Below, piece after piece: positions 37,100 to 50,571 of a DNA stretch of 64,000 nt; position 1 is the first letter of the stretch, and each line of letters starts with the position of its first letter. The notes below the pieces were generated by a model, which saw nothing but the letters and a program-made list of their open reading frames with translations, was not told the origin of the DNA and did not search any database. This stretch comes from Eledone cirrhosa (lineage: Eukaryota), in NCBI GenBank assembly GCA_964016885.1, contig OZ024749.1:6882001-6946000 (forward strand). Direction: 5' to 3'. Position numbers and translations under genes: made by a program.

Positions 37100-37329
37100 A
37101 TTATTCATTGTACATATACACACAGACACACACACATCTGCCTGTATTATGTGTGTGTGTATACATATATAAATATATATACACATATAGATATATATCA
37201 ACCTTGATGCAGTGAAACTGTAGTGATTTCCAGAGAGTGACTGAGGAGATGGGACTCCATTTTTCTGTTATTTTTCTGTTGTCTTCGTCCTGTGCATCCC
37301 CGTGTTTTTTAATATATATATATATATAT

Positions 37330-37660
37330 GGAGGCACATGGCTTAGTGGTTAGAACATTGGCCTTGCAATCGAAAGGTTGTGAGTTCAATTCTCAGACGG
37401 GGTGATGTGTTGTTTCCTTGAGCAAGACACTTTATTTCACATTGCTCCAGTTCACTCAGCTGTAGAAATGAGATGAGAGGGACTGGGGTCCCTATCATTC
37501 CACTGCAAAGTGGTCGTGGAGGTGCCACGGCAAAAAAGCACCCAGCACTCACTGTAAATGAGGTTGGTGTTAGGAAGGGCATCCAGCTGTAGAAATCAAG
37601 CCAGAATCAGTTCACGTCCCACCCTTGCAAGCAGGGAAAAGTGGACGTATGATGATGATA
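37330..37660 (+). mobile_element. SINE family B, full length
   Basis: A/B boxes, central domain, RTE-like tail and (ATG)n. Inserted in TA. Confidence 0.9.
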
Positions 37661-37926
37661 TATATTTGAAAAGGGAGTAAAATAGAGAAAAATTGGAATT
37701 GGAAATAACACAAAAAATATATTTAAGGATCTGTTTTTCTCTTTTTCTTCTTTGATTCGTCAAAGTGACATTATTGAAAAAATGAGAGGAACAATTTAAA
37801 AAAAAAAAGGGAATTTTATAATGTATATGAAATATATGAAATATATAAAATATAACTGGTTTTGATGTATCAGTGTAATCCATCTTATTAAATGTTGAAT
37901 ATTACAATTCCCCCCTCTCTCTCTCT

Positions 37927-37961
<35 letters not shown>

Positions 37962-38082
37962 TCTTTTATGTGTTTCAGCCATCCGGCTGAGGCCATGCTG
38001 GGGCACCACCCTTGTGTATATATATATATATAAAACAATGAAGTTTTCTTTACATGTATTTAGAATTTTATTGTGCATCGAT

Positions 38083-38171
38083 CTGTTACATGTGTTTCAC
38101 AGAGGATTGGCTCAGGATCACTCATAGGAGCTATGGACCCAACTCCATTATTGATCTGCTCTTCAGAATGT
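38083..38171 (-). ncRNA. Candidate hammerhead ribozyme (helix I not recoverable)
   Basis: Minus strand reads CTGAAGA-gcaga ..internal hairpin.. tctgt-GAAAC-acat-GTA. The tail runs into (TA)n at about 38030 and shares ttcattgttttat with the 24006 family. Confidence 0.5.
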
Positions 38172-39810
38172 ATTAGATGAAGGGAAAATATCAATATAAC
38201 TTATAATGTAGGTACAAGGCCAGAAATGTTTGGAGCATAGTTAGTTGATTAAATTGACCCTAGTTCATGACTGGTACTCTATTCTATTAACTCCAGAAGG
38301 AAAAAAGCAATGTTGAGCTAAATATGGAAATCCCTATGGGGACAGGAACTTAGAATGTGAAGGTACATCAGCAAATGTCCCAAATTAATCTTTATTCAGA
38401 AACTTGCACAAGGTGCCAAGGAGAGGAATAGAACATGAAATATCTTTAATTGCAAAGCAAACCTATTGCCCACTAAACCGTATGTGTATCTAATATAGAA
38501 CATAGAAATGAAGCCAAGTGGATAGGACCTGAGAATGTGGAAGGGCACAAATCAATCTGTTTATGCAGACACTTGCACAATATGCAATGGAGAGGAATCA
38601 AACTAGGAACCTCCTGATAACTTAGCCATAATTGTGTCTACCATAGAACATAGACGCAAAGCCAAGTGAATAGGAACTGAGAACGTGAATGTACATAAGC
38701 AACGATCGCAAATGAATCAGTTTTTTCAGTAAAGTAAGGCTGTGGTGAGAATCAGTTTTGCAAGGAAATGAGATGAATGGAGTAATAACTAAGAAAACAT
38801 TTATTCTCAAGGACAGGCAGAAATGTTTTTGATTTTCAGGCTGACAATTTCAATTACACTCAAGATATTGCCAGTTTCAAAGATTAACTTGTTTGAAGAA
38901 TATATAGATCCTGAAGGAAACCAACTTGATGAAAGCATTCTTAACTTGGTACAAGACCAACAGGGAATTCAACAGAATTAAAGATATTACGAATATCCTT
39001 CTACATAAAAACAACAACAAAGCTGTAATAACTAGAAAGAAAAAAATAAGTGTAAAAATTCAAAGACCGTATATATTAATGGTGCCAAGTTACCTTAAAA
39101 CAACAAGTTGGTAATTGAATGCCGCCAAAGTATGTGAAACAGTAGTAAAAAAAAAAAAAGACAAAAGACGAAGAGGGAAGTGTCTTGGGTTTACCAGGAA
39201 GCTGGAAGGCAGCATAAACTATTAGAAGTCCAAAAGAAGTCTAAATTGATATGCAGGAAGATGAAAGAAGCTGGAAACACATGGGAGAAAAGTCTACCAT
39301 TTGCCGCTGAAAATGCATTTGTTCAAAGAGTAAAACTGTAAAAGAGAATACAGTGTTATTCTCTTTCTTATTCGTTAGTTTCTGAGGTTTTTTATCTTTA
39401 TTTTTATTGGAGTTGATTAAATAATAAAAATTTAAGTGGAATATATAAATGACTATACGCAAAGTTGTTCATATCAAGGAAATAACATCTGTAAAATAAA
39501 TAAACATAATATATAAATAAAATAAAATAAAAAATGGAAGACTGCATAAATTATGAGTTTTTCAATGTTTGCTTTAGTGAATGTTCATTTGGATCCTGTT
39601 CAGATTAGCTTAAACTTTGATCTTTCGCATACTAATGAAATAGATAGTGTGCTGGCATAACAGATCAAACAATTGCATAGCTAGCTGCAGTGACTGCAGT
39701 AGATGCTGCTGCTGCTGCTGGTCTTATAGTGTGGTGGGTGTGCAAGTTGTTATTTTAACTGGGCAATTGATAGGATCTGTTGTTGCTGTCGTTGCTGCAA
39801 TAATCTGGTG

Positions 39811-40471
39811 GTGTGTGCAAGTTGTTACTTTCACTGAGCAGTGAATATATCTTGATACCACATCTCTACAGCAGCTACCACAGCTTCTACTGCTGTTGGT
39901 GCACCAATAGTCTGCTGTGGTGTGTGCAAGTTGTTACTTTCACTGAGCAGTGAATATATCTTGATACCACATCTCTACAGCAGCTACCACAGATTCTGCT
40001 GCTGTTGGTGCACCAATAGTCTGCTGTGGTGTGTGCAAGTTGTTACTTTCACTGAGCAGTGAATATATCTTGATACCACATCTCTACAGCAGCTACCACA
40101 GCTTCTACTGCTGTTGGTGCACCAATAGTCTGCTGTGGTGTGTGCAAGTTGTTACTTTCACTGAGCAGTGAATATATCTTGATACCACATCTCTACAGCA
40201 GCTACCACAGATTCTGCTGCTGTTGGTGCACCAATAGTCTGCTGTGGTGTGTGCAAGTTGTTACTTTCACTGAGCAGTGAATATATCTTGATACCACATC
40301 TCTACAGCAGCTACCACAGATTCTGCTGCTGTTGGTGCACCAATAGTCTGCTGTGGTGTGTGCAAGTTGTTACTTTCACTGAGCAGTGAATATATCTTGA
40401 TAACCACATCTCTACAGCAGCTACCACAGCTTCTGCTGCTGTGGTGTGCAAGTTGTTACTTTCACTGAGCA
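39811..40471. repeat. 109-bp tandem repeat, about 6 units
   Basis: gtgcaagttgttactttcactgagcag recurs every 109 bp. Confidence 0.93.
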
Positions 40472-40650
40472 GCATAATAAACACACCAAATACACAAACA
40501 AAAGCGGTAGTTTTTGTTGGTAAATATTCAAGAAAACTAATAAATTAGATGTTCTTAAAAAGGAGTTTGATCAACTTCCACAAGTCCTATCACAGGTTTG
40601 TGTGTGCATCAATAGATGTTATATATATCAGCCACCTATATCATCTATAC

Positions 40651-40802
40651 CATCGATTGCCAACTGTTTGTCTGAGAGAACATTTTGATGGTCCACTGAA
40701 AAATGTTAATGTATTTATTTTTAAAAATTCATGTTAGTGGTCAACGGGATTTAAGATTATGAATTTAGTGGTCCGTGAGTTCCAAAAGCTTGGTGACCGC
40801 TG
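40651..40802. mobile_element. hAT-type MITE with 8-bp TSD
   Basis: ATCTATAC at 40643-40650 and 40803-40810. Degenerate TIRs catcgattgccaa / ttggtgaccgctg. Confidence 0.75.
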
Positions 40803-41462
40803 ATCTATACCATAGCTACCTCCTTGATAAAAGCTCAAACACTGAGCAATATAAAGAAAGAATAAAATCACAGAGAAAAACGAAAACAGCAACCTTTGAA
40901 AATCTCTTTAAGATTTTTAAGAAGAATTTGATGAAATTCTATGAGTCCTATCACCAGCTTTCTGTGATGCTGTTACCTTTGTGATAAAGGCCTTCACATT
41001 GAGCAATATAAACAAAGCATCAAAGAGAAAAACAAAAATTACTAATTTATATTTGTAAATCATTATCATCACCATTTAACATCTATTTTCCATGGATTAG
41101 ATGAGGTTTCATGTTATGAAACTAACTGTGTTAGTCCTATCACCAATGTTTGTGTTTACCAACAGATGTTGTATATATCAATAAACCTCAACCATTGCTC
41201 CACCAAAGATACAAGTCCAAATACTGAACAGTTTAATAGAATACCTCTGGGATCATTGATCTACAGCAGTTACCACACCTATAACTATGTGATACCATTG
41301 ACAATAGAACCTGTATCAAGCTCTTGCTAACAGTAGAAGCAGACAAAGGATAATGATGATGATTATCAACCTTTACTAGCATTTGGCTCCACAACATAAA
41401 ACATTTTCAGAATGTAACGTCTGTGTTGTAGAAAACACAAATGCTTTCTAATTCAGTCACAT

Positions 41463-42035
41463 CGGTATGTGTGTAGCTATTGGTACATGTGTGTAGCTAT
41501 TGGTATATGTGTGTAGCTATTGGTATATGTGTGTAGCTATTGGTATATGTGTGTAGCTATTGGTATATGTGTGTAGCTATTGGTATATGTGTGTGTAGCT
41601 ATTGGTATATGTGTGTGTAGCTATTGGTATGTGTGTGTAGCTATTGGTATATGTTTGTAGCTATTGGTATATGTGTGTGTAGCTATTGGTATATGTGTGT
41701 GTAGCTATTGGTATATGTTTGTAGCTATTGGTATATGTGTCTAGCTATTGGTATATCTGTGTAGCTATTGGTAATGTCTAGCTATTGGTATATATGTGCA
41801 TAGCTATTGGTATATCTGTGTAGCTATTGGTAATGTCTAGCTATTGGTATATATGTGCATAGCTATTGGTATATCTGTGTAGCTATTGGTAATGTCTAGC
41901 TATTGGTATATATGTGCATAGCTATTGGTATATCTGTGTAGCTATTGGTAATGTCTAGCTATTGGTATATATGTGCATAGCTATTGGTATATCTGTGTAG
42001 CTATTGGTATATATATGTGTAGTTATTGGTATATG
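41463..42035. repeat. ~20-bp minisatellite with a ~59-bp higher-order block
   Basis: tagctattggtatatgtgtg units. A trimer block repeats 4 times at about 41760-42000. Confidence 0.9.
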
Positions 42036-42171
42036 TTTCTAGTTGTTAACATATATTTCTATATCTAATAACTGAAAACTAGTAAAAGAGAATAAATAAA
42101 AAGTGTTTCCAATATACTTAAAGAGAACAAAAAGCTTCAGTTGGAAACTGAAATTAAATTCTACTATTATT

Positions 42172-42753
42172 GTCTATCTGTCTGTCTACATATCTTCCTA
42201 CACACCTGTCTGTCTACATATCTTCCTACACATCTGTCTGTCTACATATCTTCCTACATATCTGTCTGTCTACATATCTTCCTACACATTTGTCTGTCTA
42301 CATATCTTCCTAAACATCTGTCTCTACTTATCTTCCTACACATCTGTCTACATATCTTCCTTCACATCTGTCTCTCTACATATCTTCCTACACATCTGTC
42401 TACATATCTTCCTTCACATCTGTCTACATATCTTCCTACACATCTGTCTCTCTACATATCTTCCTTCACATCTGTCTATATATCTTCCTACACATCTGTC
42501 TACATATCTTCCTTCACATCTGTCTACATATCTTCCTACACATATGTCTCTCTACATATCATCCTTCACATCTGTCTATATATCTTCCTACACATCTGTC
42601 TACATATCTTCCTTCACATCTGCCTCTCTACAAATCTTCCTACACATCTGTCTACATATCTTCCTACACATCTGTCTCTCTACATATCTTCCTTCACATC
42701 TGTCTACATATCTTCCTTCACATCTGTCTACATATCTTCCTTCACATCTGTCT
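42172..42753. repeat. 24-28-bp minisatellite (resumes at 43748)
   Basis: ctacatatcttcct(a/t)cacatctgt units. Confidence 0.9.
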
Positions 42754-43747
42754 TGGGTCCTGGGTCAAGCAAAGACCGAGGTCAAGCAAAGACCGAGGCA
42801 AATGGGCGACTGGCACATTGAATGTGCTCAGACACTCACAGTCCTCTGGCAAACGGATCCAGCTATCAGTGGAGACTCCACTTTGACATTCTATAGAGGG
42901 TTGGTCCACAGCAAGTGCGACGACATGCTCGGAGAAACTCTAGGCATAGAGGAGGCGGAACTGGTCAGTTTGTTCGGTAGGACCTTCCGCCCAGGACCAA
43001 TGGACAACTTCCAAAAGTCCCAGGCCTGGGAGCGTTACCGAGGAGCTCTACCAGTTCGAGACAAGCTCTACAGACATGGGCAGCTGGGTAGGGACCCTTC
43101 GAAAAAGATCTGTCCGAGATGTGTGCACGACGAGGAAACCATCGCGCAAGCATTTGTACACTGCCCGGGCGTTACCGACCTGTGGGGCTATGTAGAACGA
43201 CTATTGTCGGGGGTGGAACCAATCCAGTTGACCATTGTCATGATCAATCTGCCACCCTCCTTCAAAAATGAGGGAGAGGCGGTTTTCCTATGGGTTATGG
43301 CTATGGTGAAAGAAGTTATATGGTGGACGAGGTTAAAAGGGCTGAGGTCAGACACCTTTCTCTTCGGCGAGCAACTGATTCGTTTTTTCAAATATCATTT
43401 TGGAAGAAGAATCAGGATGGAGAGAGAGGTGCTGTACCCCAGCAAGTTTTATAAAAGGTGGGTGAATGTGGCCAAGATGGCCCGAGTGGTTGGGCCTTCT
43501 CTCTATATAAGCCTGTAGGTTGAGTAAAAAGAGGAAGAGAGGACGGGAGTACTTACTCTTGGTGCTCCTGGAGATGAGGGTTGTACATTTTTTCGGGGTG
43601 CGTACAACCCCTGTGTAACGCCTCCCCCCTATTGGGGATTTCAATTGTTATTTGTTATTTTGTTAATAGTTTTATTTTCATATACCTGTATGTAAACTCC
43701 CCATTTGTATTTGTCCCATTCTTTTGTACCCTTGTGGCTAATAAAGA
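42754..43747 (+). mobile_element. L1/Tx1-like LINE 3' fragment
   Basis: Open frame to 43518 with a zf-RVT-like motif W..YRGALPVRDKL..CPRC..EETIAQAFVHCP...LW. T-rich 3' UTR and AATAAA at 43740-43745. Confidence 0.8.
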
Positions 43748-44274
43748 CATTTATCTTCCTACACATCTGTCTACATATCTTCCTTCAAATGTCTGTCTAC
43801 ACATCTTTCAATACATATGTCTGCCTATATATCTTATCCATCCAGCCAATTACCTATGTAACTATTTAACTATCCAGGTATGTTGCAATTATGTATTATA
43901 TATCTAATTACCTATGTATCTAACAAGCAGTTGTGTAACTATCCATCAGTTATCTATCTATCTATCAATCAGCAGTTATCTATCTATCAATCAGCAGTTA
44001 TCTATCTATCCATCAGCAGTTATCTATCTATCCATCAGCAGTTATCTATCTATCTATATACCTATCTATCTATCTATATACCTATCTATCTATCTATATA
44101 CCTATCTATCTCTCTATATACCTATCTATCTCTGTATTTACCTATCCATAACTATATCTATCCATCCATCTATATAACTATAGGCAAACATCTTTATATA
44201 TATATATATATATACATCCATCATCATCATCGCCGCCGCCACCACCATCATCATTATTATTATTATCATCATCA

Positions 44275-44597
44275 TACGTCCGCTTTCTCCTTGCTTGCAA
44301 GGGTGGAACGGGAACTGATTCTGGCCTGATTTCTACAGCTGGATGCCCTTCCTAACACCAGCCTCATTTACAGTGAGTGCTGGGTGCTTTTTTGCCATGG
44401 CTCCTCCACGACCACTTTGCAGTGGAATGATAGGGACCCCAGTCCCTATCATCTCATTTCTACAGCTGAGTAAACTGGAGCAATGTGAAATAAAGTGTCT
44501 TGCTCAAGGAAACAACACATCGCCCGGTCTGAGAATTGAACTCACAACCTTTCGATTGCAAGCCCAATGCTCTAACCACTAAGCCATGTGCCTCCAT
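44275..44597 (-). mobile_element. SINE family B, full length
   Basis: Reverse complement of the 37330 copy. Confidence 0.9.
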
Positions 44598-44657
<60 letters not shown>

Positions 44658-44944
44658 TGTGTCTGTGTCTGTGTCTGTGTCTGTGTGTGTGTGTGTGTGT
44701 GTATACACACACATATATATATATATAAACAAAACAATGCATTATTTATAGTGAAATCAGTGTCATAGGTCCAGATATCAACATATATTTCAGCAATCTT
44801 TTTGTTAAAGAATACAATTTTGTATTACCATCTGAACCAATTATATTACTACATCTTCATCGTTTCAAAATAATTCTTCATCCTCTTATCATCTTCATCA
44901 TCATCATCATCATCATATATTAGAAAACACACTTCTATAGATAC

Positions 44945-44982
<38 letters not shown>

Positions 44983-45015
44983 TTATAACTATATATATAT
45001 ATATATATATATTTA

Positions 45016-45089
<74 letters not shown>

Positions 45090-45225
45090 ACTATATATAT
45101 ATATATATATATATTTATATTTATAACTATATATATATTTATATCTATATATATATATATATATTTATATCTATATATATATATATATATATTTATATCT
45201 ATATATATATATATATATATTTATA

Positions 45226-45270
<45 letters not shown>

Positions 45271-45273
45271 ATT

Positions 45274-45324
<51 letters not shown>

Positions 45325-45430
45325 ATTTATATATATATATTTATATATTTATAACTATATATAAATTTATAACTATATATATATATATTTATATATTTAT
45401 AATATATATATATATATATATATATTTATT
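44945..45430. repeat. Long interrupted (TA)n tract
   Basis: Read directly from the sequence. Confidence 0.95.
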
Positions 45431-45701
45431 TATAACAATATCTGTGTATGTATATGTGTGTATCTGTTGTGTGTATATGTGTGTGTGTGTGTATATATGT
45501 GTGCATCTGTGTGTGTGTATGTGTGTATCTGTGTGTGTGCATCTGTATGTGTGTATCCATATGTATGTATATGTGTGTTTATCTCTAGTACATTCCTAAA
45601 CAAGAACATTACATCCTCACTATTTACTTCTTGTGTCATTCTGGAGTTTTTTCTCATTGTCAATATACAGAAACACTATATATATACAACAACAACAACT
45701 A

Positions 45702-45873
45702 CTGGCTTAGTGGTTAGAGCATTGGCCTTGCAATCGAAAGGTTGTGAGTTCAATTCTCAGACCGGGTGATGTGTTGTTTCCTTGAGCAAGACACTTTATT
45801 TCACATTGCTCCAGTTTACTCAGCTGTAGAAATGAGATGATAGGGACTGGGGTCCCTATCATTCCACTGCAAA
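45702..45873 (+). mobile_element. SINE family B, 3'-truncated
   Basis: A/B boxes and central domain. Ends just after the hairpin atgatagggactggggtccctatcat. Confidence 0.85.
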
Positions 45874-45929
45874 TTATATATTATATATATATATATTATA
45901 TATAATATATATATATTATATAATAATAG

Positions 45930-48900
45930 ATCTAAATAGAGTGAATGACAGAATAATTAAAATAAGACTTGTTCTAAATAGAACTACTGTGACAGTAATA
46001 TCTGCGTACGCGCCCCAATCAGGACTGCCTGGCGCTATAAAAGACAGATTCTATGAGATACTGATGCTCACTACCTCCCAAATAACCGACAGTGACTATA
46101 TAATTATTGCTGGTGACCTAAATGGTCACGTTGGACAACATTGTGATGGCTATGACGGAATCCACGGAGGCTATGGGTTTGGTACTAGAAACGAGGAAGG
46201 CTCCAGAATCCTGGAATTCTGTGATGCAAACAACCTAACTATCTGTAACACTAACTTCAAAAAACGAGACAATCACTTGATCACCTACAGATCAGGGGAA
46301 CATACCAGCCAGGTAGATTATATCCTTACCAGAAGACGTGACAGAGTGTCTGTTGTAAACACTAAATCCCTCCCCCATGAAGAATGCACCTCCCAACATA
46401 GACTGATAATTAGCAACCTCATAGTCAGGACGAGACGTACTAGACAGCAGAAGAGGACTATCCTCAGGAGAAAAATATGGAAGCTAAAGGATCCCACAGC
46501 CAGAAATAAATTTCAAAGCATATTACTTGATGCTTTCGACAGTAAGGAAGAGCAATTAGAGTCGTACAAGGTAGAGGGACAGTGGGAATTCCTGAAAGCA
46601 AACCTGCTGATGGCGGCAGACGAAGTCTGTGGCTGGATCAGGCCTGTAGGCAGGAGGAGAGTAACATGGTGGTGGAACAGTAAGGTGGAGGGGTCAATCA
46701 AGGCCAAAAAGCAGGCTTGGAAAGCATGGTGGGATGGGGGAAGTAGAGAAGACTATCAAGTGGCCAGGAGGGAAGCTAGGAGACAAATGTACTTCGCAAG
46801 ACGGGAAGCAGAGGAAAGAAAGTTCAAGCATGTTCTACAACGCGAGGACCAAAAACGTGAGGTGTTCAGGATTGCTAGGCAATGTGTCAAGGAAAACCGT
46901 GATATTGTCGGGGAGAAGTGTGTACTTAACGATGATGGTGTACTTGCCATCACTGACGCTGATAAGAAGGTAGCTTGGAAGTGTCACTACGAAAGGCTAC
47001 TAAATGAGGAGAATAAATGGGAGAAATACAGTCTCCCCCACATCGACCCAATAGAGGGACCAGCAGTGTTAATCAAAGGTAGTATAATAAGTAAGGCAAT
47101 CAAAGATATGAAGGCGGGTAGGTGGCTGGGCCTTCGGAAATAGTTGCTGAGATGCTGAAAGCCTCCGGTATAGTGGGACACACCATGGTCACCCGGATAG
47201 TAAACCAAGTCATACAGAATGGGGTTGTTCCGAAGGACTGGCGTAGCAGCATCATCGTTAACTGTTACAAGGGTAAAGGAGACGCCCTAGATAGGAGTAA
47301 CTATAGAGGCATTAAATTAATCGACCAGGTCATGAAGGTCACGGAAAAAGTAATAGCGCAACTAATCAGAGAGAGAATTGATCTAGATGAAATGCAGTTC
47401 GGGTTTGTGTCAGGCAAAAGTACCACAGACGCTCTTTTCATAGTACGACAACTACAGGAGAAGTACCTAGCTAAAGGTAAACCCCTATACTTAGCTTTTG
47501 TCGACTTGGAGAAAGCCTTCGACAGAGTCCCCCGTTCCATTATCTGGTGGGCTCTTAGAAAACTAGGTGTTGACGAATGGCTTGTGTGAGCCATACAAGC
47601 CATGTATAAAGAAACAGTGAGCAAGGTTAGAATTAACAACGAATATAGTGAAGAGTTTAGCGTAAAAGTTGGTGTCCATCAGGGCTCTGTTCTTAGCCCC
47701 CTACATTTTATTATTGCCCTTCAGGCTATAACAGAGGAGTTCAAGACCGGCTGCCCATGGGAACTCCTATACGCAGATGATCTAACGCTCATAGCTGAAT
47801 CAATGGCCGAGCTAGAGAAGAAATTTCAAACATGGAAGCACGGCCTAGAATCAAAAGGCCTTAAAGTTAACCTGGCTAAGACTAAAGTTCTAGTTTGTAG
47901 GAAAGAAAATAAGGCGCCGGTCCCCTCCGGGAAATGGCCATGCTCAGTGTGTAGGAAAGGCGTAGGTAGAAACTCCATTTTATGTCCCAAATGCAAAGTA
48001 TGGGTGCATAAAAGATGTAGTGGGATCACAGGTAAGCTAACTAAGAACATAGATTTTACATGTGGCCGGTGCTTTGGTGCAATAAGTAGCAGCAAGTGCC
48101 CACCAAATACTAACTCTTTCAATTGCGCAGAGGGTTCTATAGAAATAGTGGACAGCTTCCGTTACCTGGGTGACAAAATCAGCAGTGGGGGAGGGTGCTC
48201 TGAAAGTACAGTAGCTAGAGTCAGAACTGGATGGAAAAAGTTCAGAGAGCTTATACCACTATTAGCCGCTAAAGGGTTCTCCCTAAAAATGAAAGGCAGG
48301 TTGTATGATGCCTGCTTACGAACAGCAATGTTGCATGGCAGTGAGACCTGGGCATTATACGCAGACTAGAGAGGAATGAAGCTGGCATGCTCCGCTGCAT
48401 GTGTAATAGTAACATACGTGAACGGCAAAGCATAAGCGAACTAAGGAAAAAATTAGAAATAAGAGGGATCAGATGTTGTTTATCTGAGAGAAGGCTACGT
48501 TGGTATGGTCACGTGATGCGCATGAAAGTTGATAGCTGTATAACAAAGTGCAGGGCAATAAAGATAGACGGTAGCCACGGAGTAGGCAGACCCAGAAAAA
48601 CCTGGGACGACTTCATAAATTCCGACCTCACACACTTACACCTCTCCAAGACAATGTCACTGGACCGAGATCTTTGGCGGTACTCAATAATAGAGAAGAC
48701 CCGCCTTACCTAAATACAAAGTAAAACCTAGTACAGTCAGTAGGCATCTCTAACAAAATACATCCCCGTCCCACCACCCCCACACCGACCCTTTCAATGT
48801 AAATTATGCTGGTGCCACAACATCCAGGCCGAAACAAATGAGATCGTGTAGGTGTCACGACAAAAAAACACACAGTCCATGCTGTAATGTGGCCGTGTAG

Positions 48901-49095
48901 GCAATACGGTAAAAACCTCCCAGCCCCACACTGTAAATGTGGTTGGTGTTAGGAAGGGCATCCAGCTGTAGAAAACCCGCCAGACAGTCCTATGCGAGCA
49001 AGACAACCACTCTTGCCTCAAGTGAGAAAACTCCCGTCCAAACCCATGCAAGCATGGAACATGGACGTTAAACGATGATGATGATGATGATGATA
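45930..49095 (+). mobile_element. Decayed RTE-clade LINE, 5'-truncated, with 3' UTR
   Basis: ORF pieces 45941-47143, 47122-47589, 47602-48369 and 48387-48713 carry ISAYAPQ, AGDLNGH, SQVDYIL, AFVDLEKAFD, YADDL, a PHD-like C..C..C..C..H..C..C..C insert and GRPRKTW. (ATG)n tail. Confidence 0.95.
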
Positions 49096-49148
49096 TATAT
49101 ATAATATAAATATATATATATATAATATAAATATAAATATAGTATAAA

Positions 49149-49179
<31 letters not shown>

Positions 49180-49565
49180 TATATATATAGATTGTATATA
49201 AACATTAGAGCATGGAGTGAATTGAAATGTTTATAAAGGTAAGAAATCTCAAGTGTAGGAAGATAGTTGTGAAAACATCTTTAGAAAATCAGGTAAAATA
49301 TTTCTACAGACAGAAAAAGAAGCCAGCAGTGAAGTTGCTACAGAGAATCAGCCACTGGTCTCTTTATGTCTAGAGAAGTATTTTAGCTGACTTTCTAAAG
49401 ATTTATTCATAACTATTTTCCTGCATTTCAAATGTTCTACCTCTCTCTCTCTCTCTCTCTCTATCATCATTTCATTTCATTTCACGTCCGCTTTTTCCCT
49501 GCTTGCAAGGGTGGCACGGGAACTGATTCTGGCTTGATTTCTACAGCTGGATACCCTTCCTAACA

Positions 49566-49632
<67 letters not shown>

Positions 49633-50309
49633 TCGGGATTGTAATGTCAAGTTACTGTAGTTTCACCAAAGTGAGCACTCAATATGTAGTCTCCAGTTTG
49701 TATATTCATGCTGTACTCAGCAGAGTGTAATAACAATAATATGGATGAAAGTGATAAATTTGGGTGGTTTTCTGCTAGCATGTATAGTGTGTATATTGAT
49801 ATTATACGCAAATATATATACATGTAGATATGATACCTTAAATAAAATCGTAATTGAGAAAAAACACTGAAATTGAACGAAGACTGCGTTACGCTGTCTT
49901 ATGTAATCAGTAACGTAATCCATGATACATTTAAAAAATACGATATTATATATAAACTGCATTAGGAGAAAATTAGTGACGGAAATATATGAATGTTTAT
50001 TTAAGCGATCGCTAACCAGAAGTGTTGACATTTGAAAATTTTAAAGAAGTGATTCTTAAAATAAGCAACAAAATTATATTTAATCAAGGATAACGACATT
50101 TAGTAGATAAATTATGTAATATTCATTCATTATTTATTCAAAGTAATCCAACTTATTTTACAAACGGGATAAAAAAATATATTCTGGACACAGTCCCGCA
50201 CTCCTTACTTTATTATAGTTCAGATTATTATTATATCCATATATAGTATTGTAGGAATAGATCAAGTCAAGTCTGTAGGGTGAGTTTGAATATAATTATG
50301 TGACATAGT

Positions 50310-50467
50310 AACGTCCATTTATGTTCTGATTTCAAATCCAATCAAGATTAGTTTTGCCTTTCATACTTAAGGTACTGATATTATAAAGTACCAGTAATGC
50401 ACTGGGGTCAATTTAATTGACTTTCTCCTTCCCTTCAAGTTGTTGGCTTTGTGCCAAAAGTAGAAAA
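50310..50467 (+). mobile_element. SINE family A, degenerate
   Basis: tttgcctttcatacttaaggtactgatattataaagtaccagtaatgcactgggg..gtagaaa. Confidence 0.65.
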
Positions 50468-50571
50468 TTATCATTGATCCTGGAGGACTGAAATATAAAG
50501 AGTATATGATATTGCTGGTAGCAGGACAACAGGAAGAAAAGGGGCAAACGACACAATACCAGACCAGATCG

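Noticed and set aside
37200-37270. CTGAGGA followed by the hairpin gatgg/ccatt, with GAAAC upstream
   Set aside because: No GAAA follows helix II, so the hammerhead topology cannot be completed.
38330-38700. Degenerate ~160-bp tandem duplication
   Set aside because: Old, diverged and non-coding, with no structure suggesting function.
49630-49700. Minus-strand CTGGAGA...GAAAC-taca-GTA next to (TA)n
   Set aside because: The core is mutated and helices I and II do not pair convincingly. It may be a very old HHR but cannot be supported.
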